Origin: Paraspadella gotoi
Taxonomy: Eukaryota; Animalia; Chaetognatha
Length of the DNA: 64,000 bases
Assembly: GCA_051294375.1 (NCBI GenBank)
Contig: CM119267.1
Location: forward strand, 2,801,631 to 2,865,630
Reading direction: 5' to 3'
Shown here: in pieces, positions 27,175 to 42,379 of the stretch
Position numbering within the stretch: the stretch's first letter is position 1
Layout: every line of letters starts with the position of its first letter
Notes under the pieces: model-generated
Database searches by the model: none
What the model was told of the DNA's origin: nothing
The model's input: only the letters and a program-made list of their open reading frames with translations
Translations under genes and position numbers: made by a program

Positions 27175-28196
27175 AACTTAGTTTCTTTCTAAAGTTGCAT
27201 TTTGTTTAATCCTGCCATTCCTTATAAAATTAAATCGAATTTGTCAGAAAAGGTCCTGAAGGAAATTCTTGTATTGATTTCTTTTCCCGCTGAGGCTAAA
27301 AATATTCAAAGTCCAATTGATTTGTCGTCATCTTCATCATCGTCGCTTCTTACCACATGGTTCTCGGTCGTCGTCGTTTTCGCGGTTCCACTCGTTAAAT
27401 AATAAATAAATAAATAAATATTAAATATTCATCTCTTACATAAGTCTTTATACATTGTAACAAAAATTTTTTAAAAAAATAAATTGAGAGAATTTCAATG
27501 CCGATTGACGTTAATAAACTACGCTCTTTTTTTTTACGAGATTAGTTTTCGAGCCGCCGCCCGTAAATCCATCATCAAATCGGGGCGAACGGGGACGCGT
27601 CCGGAGAATTTTCTGTGTCACCGATTCGCCAATTAGGAGCGACGGCGAAAAATCGATTCATTATATCCCAAGTTAATTCGGAGTAAAAAAAAATGGGAAC
27701 GCGGGGAAAAAGAGGAAAAAAATATCGGGACGAGAGATGCGCCGCAGGTCCAAAGGCAATTGGGGACGGAGAATGAGAAGAGAGAGAGAGAAGAGAAGAG
27801 AGACAGAGAGAGAGCAGAGAGAGAGAGAGAGAGAGAAGAGACGTCACGTGACCATCTCAGATGGGAAAGTATTAAGAGAGACGCGACAACCGAAAGAAGA
27901 CCAGCCCACTGGGGAACGAGAAAGAAAGATACGCAAGTGACCAAGACGAGAATCAATTAACTGTTCACGACGGAGGTCTCTACCGATCTCTCTCGATCAT
28001 CGTGATCCCAGCGTAACAGTCGGGGATTATACACAGAAACCGATCCCCGGCGGGCCCGAAGAGAGAGACGAGGAGAGAGAGAGAAGAGAGAAGAGAGAGA
28101 GAGAAGAGAGAGAGAAGAGAGAGAGAAGAGAGAGGAGAGAAGAGAGGAGAACGTTAAAGTAAGAAAGAGAAGAAAATTTGCTAATAAAGTTGGTGA

Positions 28197-28800
28197 AAAA
28201 AAACGGATTGGATAAAGTTGTTCTCTGGTTGTTCTCAGTGGCGTAATATAAAGGCTATTTTATTTTTATATTTTTACAGAGCGATTTTAAGCTGTAGGCA
28301 AAACGCGTGAAAAACGTAATGTTGTTTATGTTTGGTCTTTGTGCTTTGAAGAATTGAAATGAGGGAGAGAAGAGGCGAGAAGGAGAGACGAAGAGACGAG
28401 CAGAGGAATGAACGGGACAAATTTTTCGTTATCACCCTCTCTCTCCCATTTCGCGCACTTTGTCGATTCGCATACTGCGTTCGCCCTGCAAACCACAAAA
28501 CCGGGAAGCGATTTTTCTTTTAATGTGTCGCGATCGCCAGTACAAGTTATANNNNNNNNNNNNNNNNNNNNNNNNNAAAAAAAACGGATTGGATAAATTG
28601 TTCTCTGGCGTAATTAAAGGCTTTTTATTATTTTTACAGCGATTTAGCTGTAGCAAAAAAGGGAAACGTATTTGTTTGGTCTTTGTGCTTTGAATGTAAA
28701 TGAGGGAGAGAGCGAGAGAGAGAGAGAGAGAGAGAATGACGGGAAAATTTTTCGTTATCTCTCTCTTCGATCTCGCTTGGCACCGAAGGATTCTTTTATG
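28197..28800 (+). repeat. Short noisy duplication around a 25-N gap
   Basis: AAAACGGATTGGATAAA.TTGTTCTCTGG at about 28200 and 28580, with colinear downstream sequence. Confidence 0.75.
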
Positions 28801-29189
28801 NNNNNNNNNNNNNNNNNNNNNNNNNNNNNNNNNNNNNNNNNNNNNNNNNNNNNNNNNNNNNNNNNNNNNNNNNNNNNNNNNNNNNNNNNNNNNNNNNNNN
28901 NNNNNNNNNNNNNNNNNNNNNNNNNNNNNNNNNNNNNNNNNNNNNNNNNNNNNNNNNNNNNNNNNNNNNNNNNNNNNNNNNNNNNNNNNNNNNNNNNGAG
29001 AGAGAGTGCGCGCGAATAAAAGTTATGGTTGCCGACGTTCGGGGTCAATATCAGACTTTCTCACCTATAAAATTATTTTTTTTAAATTTTAACATAAGGG
29101 GCATAGTTCTTACTTTTTTACCTAATTTTAAGTTTTGAGATTTTGATAACAATAATGAGAGAGAGAAAGAAAGAAAGAAAGAAAGAAAG

Positions 29190-29240
<51 letters not shown>

Positions 29241-29508
29241 AAAGAAATAAAAAGACACTGACATCTCCCTTTCAAAGCAGACCGAAATCCGGCGGAGCCA
29301 ACGCAATTTAGGGTCATAGGATTTGTCTGTACAAACAAGGAATTTATTGAAAGGCCTCCTCCTCTTTCCTCCTCCTCCTCCTCTTCCTCCTCTTCTTCTT
29401 CCTCCTCCTCTTCCTCCTTCCCCCTCCTTTGCGATAAAGATCTTTCAACATCACGGATGGCGCTTTTTCGGGTTCTTGACAGCTCTTGTAAGACAAAAGC
29501 TCGAAAAC

Positions 29509-29578
<70 letters not shown>

Positions 29579-31035
29579 ATCTTCCCGCCTGTCTCGCCTT
29601 TCCCTGCTGCGCCTGATTCGTCCCTCCCTTTTTTCGGAAGGCGCCGTATTGTCAGCTTTGGTTCCAATGCCTAATTTAAACCGGACTGGGATTTCTGTTA
29701 GGTCTTTCTATGCCTTCTTTCTTTTTTCTTTTTTTTCTTTTCATCCGGTTTCTCTTTCTTTTTTTTTCCTTTCTTTCTTTTTTTGCTTTTCCTTTTTCTC
29801 TTATTTTTTCCCCTTTTCAGTTTTTTATTATTTTACTTTTTTCTTTTTCAATTTTTTTTTTACTTTTTTTTTCGCTTGGAAGTGACATGGAATCACTATA
29901 GCGTCGCCGTCGCGTACCTTAATCGCGCCTTTTAAATTTAATATGTCTGAGANNNNNNNNNNNNNNNNNNNNNNNNNNNNNNNNNNNNNNNNNNNNGTGC
30001 ATGCCGTCCTCACCAATCTTTGTGTGTGCAATTTTTTCAGATTTTGTCGCTTTCGGTTCTTCAATGACAGATGTTTTTATGACTCCTTTCGAGTGCCACC
30101 TGAAAGAGCGAGAGAGAGAGAGAAAAAAAAAGAGAGAGAGAGAGGTTTTTGAAGCCTCGGGAGTCAAGGACCAATGACGCCGAGAGCCGTCAAACCTGGA
30201 GTGGATCGTCCCAAGTCGCGGAAGCGTAGACCGATTTCTTTCTTTATTTCTTTCTCTCTCTATCTTTCTTTCTTTATCTCTTTCTTTCTATCTTTCTTTT
30301 TTCTCTTACTTTCTTTATTTTTGTGTTGACAAAGCGATTGAAGGCGCGAAAGGCCGACGACGACGACGACGACGACGACCAAGGCGCCGATCTCCTCCTT
30401 CATTCGATCTTCAATTTCAATCGATAAAAATCCTAGTTTTGTTTTTTTTTTTTATCTTTCTTTTTTTTTACTTTTTGTCGCTTCTGCGGTCGAGACTCTA
30501 TTAAACATTTTAGTTAATAAAAAAGGGGCTTCAATATTGTACTTAATGAACTTTAAGACAAGTGTACAAAGTGTATTGTAGCCGCTTTCATCGTTGATAC
30601 ATTCGTCCGATGCTTTTGATCTAAAAAGTCACTCTCTCTCTCTTTCACTCTCCGCCTCTATTGATGCCTTAATTTGTTTGAAAAAGANNNNNNNNNNNNN
30701 NNNNNNNNNNNNNNNNNNNNNNNNNNNNNNNNNNNNNNNNNNNNNNNNNNNNNNNNNNNNNNNNNNNNNNNNNNNNNNNNNNNNNNNNNNNNNNNNNNNN
30801 NNNNNNNNNNNNNNNNNNNNNNNNNNNNNNNNNNNNNNNNNNNNNNNNNNNNNNNNNNNNNNNNNNNNNNNNNNNNNNNNNNNNNNNNNNNNNNNNNNNN
30901 NNNNNNNNNNNNNGACAGACAGACAGACTGAATTATCCTCAGAAAATCTTGAGGAGTAAGTGTGACGAAGAAGAATCTCTGTTTGTTGTTTTCAAAGAAT
31001 CACGATCCAGTGTAAGAAGAGGAATCTTAATCTAA

Positions 31036-31098
<63 letters not shown>

Positions 31099-31380
31099 AA
31101 TCCTCCTTCCCGGTCGACCCGCTCGCGTGTGCCCCTCTCGCCGCGGCTGAATTTAATCTTCTTTTCTCCTTTTGAGTCGCGAGTTTGACGCCGCCGCCTT
31201 CACCGCCGGGCGGAACGCCTCTCCCGGACGAGGTGTTGGAGGGTCGTGCTTTCGCGATGGGGTGTTTGGTAGCGGCAAAGGCGGCGGCGGTGGCGGTGGC
31301 GGCGGATTATCGTTTTTCCAAGTAACGACGAATGGACTTCAGTCTTCACTTTAGCAATCGACGTCGACGCTAATGTTTTC

Positions 31381-31589
31381 GGCTCTCTTTTCTCAGAACG
31401 TCCCATTTCTTAAATTCTAAATTCTTAAACTTATAATCCTAACCGCAATACCTAGTTTTTAACTCTAACCCTTAATGTTAAACCCTAGCGCCTAACCTTA
31501 ATCCTTAACCTTAATCACTAACCTAATCTATAACCTAATCCTTAATTCCTAATTTAGTATGAAATAGGGCGTTCTGGAAAAATAAGGCC
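31381..31589. mobile_element. MITE with imperfect TIRs of about 29 bp and an internal (AACCCT/AACCTT)-like hexamer array
   Basis: Left end GGCTCTCTTTTCTCAGAACGTCCCATTTC; right end GAAATAGGGCGTTCTGGAAAAATAAGGCC; TTC on both flanks. Confidence 0.6.
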
Positions 31590-31715
31590 TTCACCCTTCC
31601 TTCCCTTCCCTGTCCAGAGTCTGACGTCACCCTTCTCAACAAGTGTCTATCTTTGTGTCGAATTTGTTTACCGAAGAGTAGTGGAAACAAATACTGGTTC
31701 TTTTTTCATAGATAA

Positions 31716-31749
<34 letters not shown>

Positions 31750-34700
31750 TGAGACTTCGCTGCGAGCTTCACACCCGCGGTCGTCTTTCTCTCGACTTTC
31801 CTAACGAACTCGAGGCCATAAAACAGAAGGAGGCCGAAAAAAAAATTTCAATTCTTTTCGCTCTCTAGAATATATTTCTAGAGAGAGAGAGAGACAGGGA
31901 CAGAGACAGGAAGACGACAGAGACTGAGAGAGCGAGAAAATTGAATTCGATAAGAAGAAACAATTAACTGAATTTCCATTTTCTTTCTCTTTTCTCCTCC
32001 ACGGCTCCAGTCTGAAATTGTTTCCTTTATCTTTCGTCAAAGAGAGAGAGAGAGAGAGAGATAGAATGAGGCGAATTGAAGTTTCTCTCACGTTTTTAGA
32101 GAATCGATCTCACGTTGGCGTCGGTTTCATTGAGACAAGGAGTTTAATTTAAAAAAAATAATAATTAGTATATTTAAATAATATTATATTATATAATACA
32201 AGTAATTTTGCAACTTTCATAAGGAAAGATAAAGAATCGATGAAAACTTTATATTAAAAAGTTATAGATCCATATATAGGTATTATATCTGTATTATTAT
32301 TATTATTAGTGTTATTATTGTATTATTATAGTATTATTATTATAGATGTATTATATATGTATTTTATTTCGTAGGCTTAATATAATTCTCTGCATCGATT
32401 CCTATTATTAATGTGGACCTTTTTGAGAATAACTAATCTCTTTCTCTCTCTNNNNNNNNNNNNNNNNNNNNNNNNNNNNNNNNNNNNNNNNNNNNNNNNN
32501 NNNNNNNNNNNNNNNNNNNNNNNNNNNNNNNNNNNNNNNNNNNNNNNNNNNNNNNNNNNNNNNNNNNNNNNNNNNNNNNNNNNNNNNNNNNNNNNNNNNN
32601 NNNNNNNNNNNNNNNNNNNNNNNNNNNNNNNNNNNNNNNNNNNNNNNNNNNNNNNNNNNCGGCGTCGACCAGTTCGCTGCTTCTCCTCTTCCTCATTCTG
32701 CTTCAAATGATTTTCTCACCTCGATTCTTAATCCTTGAAAATGCAGAGATCCAGTTCCGGTGTGAGAGCTCTCTCTCTATCTATCTATCTATCTATCTAT
32801 GTATCTCTCTCTCTCTCTCTCTCTCTCTAAAAGATGAGATAAATAGGATTGAGATTAATATATGATTAACGGATGAGGTCAATAATTTACTTTAATTGTT
32901 TAATGATAGATATGCTTCTTCACTTCTCTCTTTACTATATTAGAGTTACAATGGATCTGGAAGGAAGACTTGATATGTTTTATCCATATGAATTATATTA
33001 TGGTATATTGATGATTATTGGAGTTATATCCTCATTATTCTCATATTACTAGTGTCGCTTATTTATTTAATATTCTGACTTGGGTATTAGATTATATTAT
33101 TATTAGTGTTATTTCCATCTGTTATATTATTCTATTATGATTTATTTTGTATATTAGTATGTATATATATCTATAGGTATATATATTTGATTATTATCAA
33201 TTTTATTGATATGTGTTATTATACTTTGACGCTGACAATTGTTTCGGCTCAAGATGTAATTCGTATGCCATTTACTGTTTTCGAGTCATGGTCTTTTAAT
33301 GTAACATGTTGGATAAATTTGAAGATCTCACTGGATTCGTTTATGTGTTGTTCCACTAGTAAAAGAGTTAGATAGGTGGAGACAGAGAACGATGAGAGTT
33401 AGTGAATATGTGAAAAGAAGAATCGAAAGTAGTATCTCTTTCTTGGCTTTAACAGTTTTGCTAAACAATTACTGACGTACATTGAGAAAATGTGCGACAG
33501 GTCTCTCGGATCAGTGCTGTGGGTGAGGTAACTAGATTTTAGAGCGAAGGCCAGTTCTGTTGAATAATCTGTATGTGTCACAAAAGAAGTGAAAATTTGT
33601 ATTCAATCGCATAGCGAGACGTAGCTGTAGAGAGAGTGCATGCACGGGTGCTAATCTCGTCAATACTTCTCGTTCGCTCTTCACTCGCTCTCTCCGCCTC
33701 AACGTGTACGTGGGATAAAATGCAGAAGGAAATGGATGGGCGGGCGAGGAGGTAGGAACTAAAAGGGGTGAGGGCGCTAGAGGTGAGAGGGTCCCTTCGG
33801 GCCGCTAGACTTTCTTCACCCGCGGCCCTATCGCATCTGTTCGATGCCGGTGCGCAGTCGACACATTCGCTGTCTTCTGGCCTTTGCCTGGCATTCTGCT
33901 GCGTCATCAATTATGAGTTCTGTCTCGTATCCATTTTCTGGAATTCTTAATCGCTATGAAAATTGCAGAGATCCAGTTATCCGAAGTGATGGAGATGCTC
34001 TCTGCACTCTATCTCAAATACTTAAGAGTTATCTTAGATTCTAATGTGGACTCAATTTTTCTTTCGCTTACTCTCCTCGTCGCTGGCTCTTCTCTCTTTA
34101 TCTATTCCTTTTTTTTCCTTAGCTTTTTTTAAAGAATATACGTAAGGCCACTACAAAAAGCTATTTTCTCCTTAAAACTTGTAATAAAACTGCCTAGCTG
34201 TATGTATAAATATCTGAGCCGTCTGTGCACTAATTTCATCTGGCTCAGTGATCATATAAAAAATGTCTCTGTCTCTCGTTATGTCTCAATAATTCTGCTT
34301 TATTTTTCCTCGTCGTAGAGTCATGCGGTAACTACGATCTTTCGAAGTTTTGCGCCCTGCATCCGTTATGCTTCTTTCATTCTCTTCGTTCGGTCTCTTC
34401 TCTCCTCCTGATCTATCTTCTCTCGTCTCTCTTTCTCACACATCTTCCAGGTGTCCAGAAAGGGTGTGCGCGGTAAATATCTCTTCGCCCTCCTCGTTCT
34501 TCCCTTTCTTCCGCCTCGTTTACCCCTCTTGCCGCCTCTTCCACGTCGTTCCCAGGTCGTATCGCCAGTGTGGGCACCGGATTTGCCTGCTTGCCTCTCC
34601 GCAGCGCGGCTGAGGGGTCAAAGATGTTTGCGCATGTAGAGACTGGGCGGCACGGGTTGTCTCAGCGTGACTGACCCTGTTACGAATGTGTAGGGTCGCG

Positions 34701-35967
34701 CTTGTGCGCGAGGCCGAACCGTACTCGGTGGTTCACGCCGCTTTCGCCGTACTGCGAGATGGGGTCCGGGGGGATTAGGATCGGGGCTGTTCATTTGAGA
34801 GGGTGGCAGAAAACGGCATGAGGCCTTGGGAGGGTTAGGTCGTTTTTAAAAGGCGAGTGGAGGTTAAAATGACCGAACGACTGCACGACGAACAAGATGA
34901 CGACGTAACCGACGAACAAGTAATGGATCCGAATCGACGACGAACACGAATGAACTGACGAAAGCGGACGCAACAAGCATTTGTATCGACGATCGACGAC
35001 ACACCGAAGATGATCGCACGACGATCGAACAATGATGGACGACCGAGTCGTACGAACATNNNNNNNNNNNNNNNNNNNNNNNNNACGAACAAGATGACGA
35101 CGACGACGAACAAGATGACGACGAAAACTCGTGAAAGTAGAATCTTTAAAAAAAGTTAAATAGTTTTAAAAAAATTATACAGTGTTACAGGGATACATAC
35201 CGAATTTTTTTCTTTCATATTTGTCAACCAAATTTTATTTTAGCGAGCGATTTTTTTGCAACAAAATATAAACTAATTTGCTAACCAATTTCATCTTGTT
35301 ATCTTTATCCTTCCGTTCGTTCTATTCCATTTCCAGCGCGTCACACATATCACCGAATTATGCCTCGATTATTTATCAAAAAGCCGCGATAGTTAAGAGC
35401 CATAAGTGTAAAAAAACACCGCTTGGGGGCCTTTTTTTGCTAATATTTAAATTAATATTCATATTTTAAAAAAAAAAGCCCAACGTTTTGCGTTCCTCGG
35501 AGAATGAGCTACTAATAGCGTAGGACTTTTACTTTTTTTTGTTTTAATTTTATACATAGATTGTACATGAATTAAAAAGAAGGAAAAAAAATCATAAAAT
35601 TAAAACAAAAAAACGGCGAGAATTTTGGGGAAACTTCCTCTGACAGCCAATTAACGCTAGTGTCAACGCTAATAGCCCCCATATGGCAGAGCCTCGTTTC
35701 AACGAAAAATGACCTTAGAAATATTCTAACGGCGATGAGGGAGAGAGAGAGAGAGAGACGCAATAAAAAAAGGGGAGAAAAAGAAAGAAAAAGAGAGATA
35801 GATATATATGCATGTAAAAAAAGAGCGTCAATACTGCTTAAAAGTATAAAACGAATTTAAGCGCCTAGTGTGAACTTTATTACCTTCGCCATTTTTTAAT
35901 AAAAAAAAGGATTTCTTTAATTTCTTTTTTTAATTCTTTTTGATCCTTATAGGGGACATTTTCTCTT

Positions 35968-36066
35968 TCGTCTCCCTTTAATAGCGACTCTCGCTCCCCT
36001 TAAAAGCGACTTTTTCTCTCGCTCCCCTTAAAAGCGACTTTCTCTCTCGCTCCCCTTAAAAGCGAC
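35968..36066 (+). repeat. Minisatellite, about 28 bp x3.5
   Basis: Unit CTCTCGCTCCCCTTAAAAGCGACTTT. Confidence 0.85.
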
Positions 36067-37824
36067 AGCTGCGTCGCGGCGAAGATGGAAGAGAAAAAAA
36101 ACTCTAGTCGTCGGGATTTCGTTCCAATTTTTTTTTTTTTNNNNNNNNNNNNNNNNNNNNNNNNNNNNNNNNNNNNNNNNNNNNNNNNNNNNNNNNNNNN
36201 NNNNNNNNNNNNNNNNNNNNNNNNNNNNNNNNNNNNNNNNNNNNNNNNNNNNNNNNNNNNNNNNNNNNNNNNNNNNNNNNNNNNNNNNNNNNNNNNNNNN
36301 NNNNNNNNNNNNNNNNNNNNNNNNNNNNNNNNGAAGAAGAAAATATTAAAAATATATTTTTGTGTTGCTAAAATCCTTTAATTTTTTCCCTTTATCGCTT
36401 TTCATATCTCTTTTCTCGATCTCTTTCTCTCTCTTTTAATCTCTCTCTCTTTAATCTCTCTCTCTCTTCCTCTGACCTTGTTGAATTCACTCAGCTCCGC
36501 TTCCCGACTCCGGCGTGGCCATCCGTGCTGCCCTCTTCACGAGATCAACGGTGAACAGTCNNNNNNNNNNNNNNNNNNNNNNNNNNNNNNNNNNNNNNNN
36601 NNNNNNNNNNNNNNNNNNNNNNNNNNNNNNNNNNNNNNNNNNNNNNNNNNNNNNNNNNNNNNNNNNNNNNNNNNNNNNNNNNNNNNNNNNNNNNNNNNNN
36701 NNNNNNNNNNNNNNNNNNNNNNNNNNNNNNNNNNNNNNNNNNNNNNNNNNNNNNNNNNNNNNNNNNNNNNNNNNNNNNNNNNNNNNNNNNNNNNNNNNNN
36801 NNNNNNNNNNNNNNNNNNNNNNNNNNNNNNNNNNNNNNNNNNNNNNNNNNNNNNNNNNNNNNNNNNNNNNNNNNNNNNNNNNNNNNNNNNNNNNNNNNNN
36901 NNNNNNNNNNNNNNNNNNNNNNNNNNNNNNNNNNNNNNNNNTTTTGTCCATTAACACCAGCCAAACGGGTCACGTATAAACGCGAAAGTAATTTCTGTCT
37001 TTTTTCAGGATTTTAGTGACGACGCCCTTTGTACGTGATACCGACCCATTATCGCTCATCTTGTGTCTCTGTCTCTGTCTCTGTCTCTGTCTCCCTACTC
37101 TATATAATCCCCTCCCCTTTTTCGGACCCAATGATTTTTTTTTTCTGTTTTGATTCCGTCTATTGACTCATTGTGCAAAAACTTGGATATATTTACTTCC
37201 CGGTCTCATTTAATTTTGTAGCGATTATCTCTATAAACCCAAATTGATGCGCGCGCAAAAGACTAGATGACTCGATCCGACGTTACCCTCTCCCCCCCCA
37301 ACTCGTCGACGATTAAGGAACATATTTTGATACGGGTTTGACAAAATCCCTCGTAAAGATACGATTTTTGTACCCCGAAAAATTGGATTTAAGCGGCGAT
37401 TTAGTGAACAAATATAAATAAATGTGTCGCAATGAGGATTTAGTGCGCAGATATAAATGAATAAGTCACAATGATTGATGATGACCGTAAAAATAAAATA
37501 AAAAAATACTGATACGATTCCGCGAAGCTTGAGCGCCTCTCGCGATATCGATCACTGCAACGTTTTAGTGTAAACAGAGAAGTTTATTATTTGAAAACAA
37601 TGAAGCTTATGATGATTGCAATGGTTAAGGAAAGTAAAGCTCGTTTTTTAAAGATTATATTGACAAAAATTGAAAATTTCGAAGACAGTTCAAGAGAGAT
37701 AATATCATTAGTATAAAGTGATTAAGTGGATTACCTAGATTCAATCATGAAAATGAATTCAATTCAGTGAAACTCCAACATTTATACATACATATAAAGA
37801 AAAACCACCCTTTATTACAATTAA

Positions 37825-38229
<405 letters not shown>

Positions 38230-38440
38230 TAAAGCTTGAATGATACTTTTCTAAAAAAGAAACAAAAAAATATATAATTTACTGCAGAAATCAGAAAATA
38301 ATCTGAGCTAATTTCTTTTTTCTTATCAAGAATGACAAATAATTTTCTCTCAACATTTTTTTCCCAAGTCGACAAAAACATAAAATCAAAAAAGCACTTT
38401 TATTTTTTTCCCTTTCCTTTTTGTTTCTCGCGAAAGAGAG

Positions 38441-38473
<33 letters not shown>

Positions 38474-41400
38474 AGAGGAGAGGACGAATAAATCTTTTTC
38501 TAGGGAAGAAGCTCGCAGGGTGAGGTTAGGTCCGCGTGGTGGCGTAGGTAACGGTGGGATAGGGTTGGACACGTGACAGCAGGAGAGCGCTGGTAGGTGC
38601 TAGGCTGGCGCGAAAGCGAAGGTGATCTGCATGAGTTCAGTGGTCGGCGGAGGATACGGATGCCGTCTAGAGTCATAGGGCGGGAGCTATCATCCAGCTC
38701 GTCGTCTGCGTCTCGTCTCTCGTCTCAGTCTCTTCTTCTCTCTCTCTCTCATGCGGATCTTCTCATCTTCTCTGCGTCGTCGGATCTCTCCTTCTCGCGC
38801 CGACTCTCGTAAGTGGCCGAAAGACTCAAACTCAAACGTTCAGAGAAAATCTACGCAGATCATTGTAGTGTTAGTTTGTATACTAAAACGATAAATACTA
38901 GCCGTCCGGTGGAGAAAGTGGAGAAGCGTGAGGAGCGATATTCTGTCCAATAAAAAAGGCGAGGGCCCGGCACTTCGGATGGGCGCTTCGGTACCTCTGA
39001 AGGCGATGTCGGAAGGACGTCACGGAGTCACATGTCTGACCCACAGCGCGTGAGGGGATCGGTAGCGGAGGTCAATGACGTGCAGATTGGACGCGACCAG
39101 CGATCAATGGAAGTGCACAAACTTAGTGAAATTGCGGGAAAGTTCGGGTTCTGACGCGGACGCAGACGATCTGCCCTCGCGGATCTCATGGGGGAGCCTC
39201 CGACACACTGGAGGGGGGGGGCTCTAGGTAGTCCCCACTTCCCCTGGGCCTCCTTCTGCTCTCACCCTTAAGACTGTCCCTCTCCATAATCACTTTTCGA
39301 GCGAGACTGTGTGCTCCTTCAGTTATTGTCAGAGACCTGGGTTCGGAAACTTAATGTCTTAAAAACATTATTAAAAGTTTTTCTATTTTATCTCTATCGC
39401 CTGTAATATAATTCCAAGTTAAATATACTATCTATTAATTGTTTTAAACCCTTTTATTTATACTTTTTTATTTTTGATAAAATAAAAAACAATGTAGCAC
39501 TAACCACCGTCGTATAAAACCAACGCAACTCTTACAAACAATTAACTCGAACATCGTGCGACGTCGATGGTGTGGTCCTCCGGCTGTTTCTCCTAGCGGT
39601 GTTGTTTGTGTTAAATGATTTACACCCACTGGCTAATACCGCGTTCCGCTCACTGTTTGCCCTGCTCTACGATCGGACGCTCTCCGAGACGAATAGAGCG
39701 CTTAGGCCGGCCAGCAGTGGGCGCTGACGGGACACGACCGACGTTGCATGCGGATCGCGCCGCGGTTGCTCTCCCTCCCTTTGCCTCCGTTCCACCTCCC
39801 TTCTATATTCGCCACTCCCCTCACTCCTTCCCCCCTGGGGCGAAATACCACACCCCCACCCCGCCGCATTGACGGATCGATCGAATTTTCCCGCCAGAAG
39901 TCGCCATTAATGATTTATTGACCCCGCGACCCCAAATTCGGGGCTGTCGTGTCGTCCGTCGCCATGTTGTTGTTTGGCACGTGAGGTCGGTGGTCATTGG
40001 GGCGTGTATGATCTCCTAACCGGGGATTCCGAGATCCCCGCTGATACCGGACGTCGAGTCTGACTGTGGTCGTGGTTGGTCGTTTTTATTTGTCGAGCAG
40101 CTCGTCGACGGTTATTATGTAACCGGCTCCGGACCCTGCTGAACTAATCCGTCGGCGATGGTGATAACCCGCGTCCATGGTTCTCTCTCATCAGTGCAAC
40201 TCTGTCTCTTCTCTCTCCTCGACTCTCTCCTCACTCTTCGGGCTATCCTCTCTCGGTCTGCGGCCGCTGGTGCGCGGATATGCACCGGGACGTGGACGGA
40301 TCGTTCGTGCCTCGCTCGATTCAGTCTCACGCATACCTCGTCGATCCATTAATCTGCGTGCACTCTCGCGTCCGGGACTCTCTCTTCTTGGTCATTGGTG
40401 TACAGTGTGAGCGTGGCTGTTCGACGACCGGGTGGGGAACTGCAGTAGGCTCGCCCGTGCTTGATGATGCCTCATCACCGCTCCTCACGTCTAGCGTTCT
40501 TGCACGTCGTCTACACGATAGGGGACTCGATTCGGAGGAATCGAGAGTATCAATGGCTTGTCGTTGAGCGTTAGTGCCGAGAACATGTGAGGACTGAAAT
40601 CACACAATAAAGACGTTTCTTCAGCCTCGGAGCTAGTGAGAGAGCCGCTGTTCGGTGCCATCCGTGTGCCCGACCTCTTTACGTTCGCCTATTAACTTCG
40701 GCGCCTTATATGCTGCTCGCCACATAGTCCTCAAATGCGATCATGTTATGCTACTGAGTGTTGGATAGTGTCGCTTTGGCGCGCTGTTAGGCTTATCGCA
40801 ACTAGTAGTTGACGTTCGAGCTCGGTGTGCCCTGGTCGGTAACTCTCTCACGAGCACCTTAACCTCGCGTTGCCGCCGAAGTGTATGAACGCTGGCGTAA
40901 GCGGTAGTGGATCGCTGCCGCCGGGCTGGAGGCAGGTTCCTCCGGCGATCAAAGTTCAGTCCACCGCTTTAGCAGGCCGTCAACCAATCGGTGCCCGCAG
41001 GTCCCGACTACCTTGTACGGGCCTATTTTCTGATGTCCCGCGCCCGTACGAGCTATTTACTCTCAATGCTATTGGAACTCTGCTCTCCGATCTATCTCTA
41101 TCTCATGTCATCTCTACGCATCTTCTCTCTCTCTTCTCTCCTCATCATCTCTCTCTCTCTCTCCTGCTCGTCTCTCTCTCTCTCATCCTCCCTCCCAAAC
41201 GGCGGTCATGTTCATTGTCCATCGCACACGGAGGAGATAATTCAAACATTGAATTTTTGAAGTTTTTTTATTTATTGCCCTTTTTTAAACCTTACTAATC
41301 TAACCTTTTAGTTTTAAATTAACCATCTGGCGTTGGCTTCGAAAATTTATTGCAGCCGACGCTTTGATGGCGAATTGTATTGTTGTTTTATCGGTTGAGA

Positions 41401-41717
41401 GTAACTCAGCAGAGAATGATATCCCATTGCTTGTGGCTGAGAGGAAAGAAAAGAACATCGAGTCGAATCATGTTGCCGTCATTCGGATTTATTTAGTTCT
41501 TATTTGATTATTAAACTGTTTTCACTCTCTCTCTTCTCTTCTCTCTCTCCTCTCTCCGGTCTTTATCGCTCAGCTTCTTGGATGATGCAAAGTTTTTCTG
41601 CTTCGTCAACGATATTCATCCCCCCCATTGGCCACTCGCCCTCCGACTTACACCAACCCCAACCAGGCCTCCAACCCCGCTCGATCCAGGCGATAAAACC
41701 TTGATCAAATCAGTATC

Positions 41718-41748
<31 letters not shown>

Positions 41749-42069
41749 CCTGTTAATCGTCTGTATCGCGGTGTTCCTTTTTTTTTAAATATACTTTTAG
41801 TTTCACTTTTAATACCGCGAAAAATCTCGGTTTTTTTTTTTCCCCGCCTCGAAACGAAGATTTGAGCGATGAATGAAAGAGAATGTTGATGGTCAGAGCG
41901 GTACGATCTATTCATTCTTGTCTCCGGTAAATGAAGAGAGCGTCGGAGGGAGGCACGAGGTCGTTTTGGGGAGTTGGGTTGGCCGAGATAGCGAGTCTAA
42001 GAACATCTGTCCAATTATCCGGTCGTACTCTAGGGGTTTGAACCATTTTTATTCAGTGCATTCAATTAG

Positions 42070-42379
42070 ATCCCACAGAGCGCCCCATTATCTGATTTTG
42101 CTATTTTTTTCGGGAGATTTAACTGTGTTCTTAAATTTTATAACTAATCCGTAACCAGCTAACCTTGATCTTAATATTAAACTTAATCCGAAGACCTAAA
42201 CCTAGATATTATTAACCATACACCCTTACCTACAGCCTTTACACTCTAGGAGTAGCTGACATAACCCTAAAGATATCTAAACACGATTAAATCACTTAAA
42301 GCCCTGGTAAAATATCATCCAACTATAATGCACTGATTAATTTATTTAAGATTAAATGTGGCGTTCTGGGAAATAAGGC
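42070..42379. mobile_element. Second (noisy) copy of the hexamer-array MITE; also represented at about 46935-48142
   Basis: CCCACAGAGCGCCCCATT...TAACC/AACCT-rich interior...AATGTGGCGTTCTGGGAAATAAGGC. Confidence 0.5.

Noticed and set aside
32830-35059. Novel sequence or ORFs in intron 1
   Set aside because: Contains a degraded copy of about 32660-32790 (TGCAGAGATCCAGTT anchor) and abuts a 25-N gap; probably raw-read sequence.
35968-36066. CRISPR-like repeat array
   Set aside because: No unique spacers and a eukaryotic context; an ordinary minisatellite.
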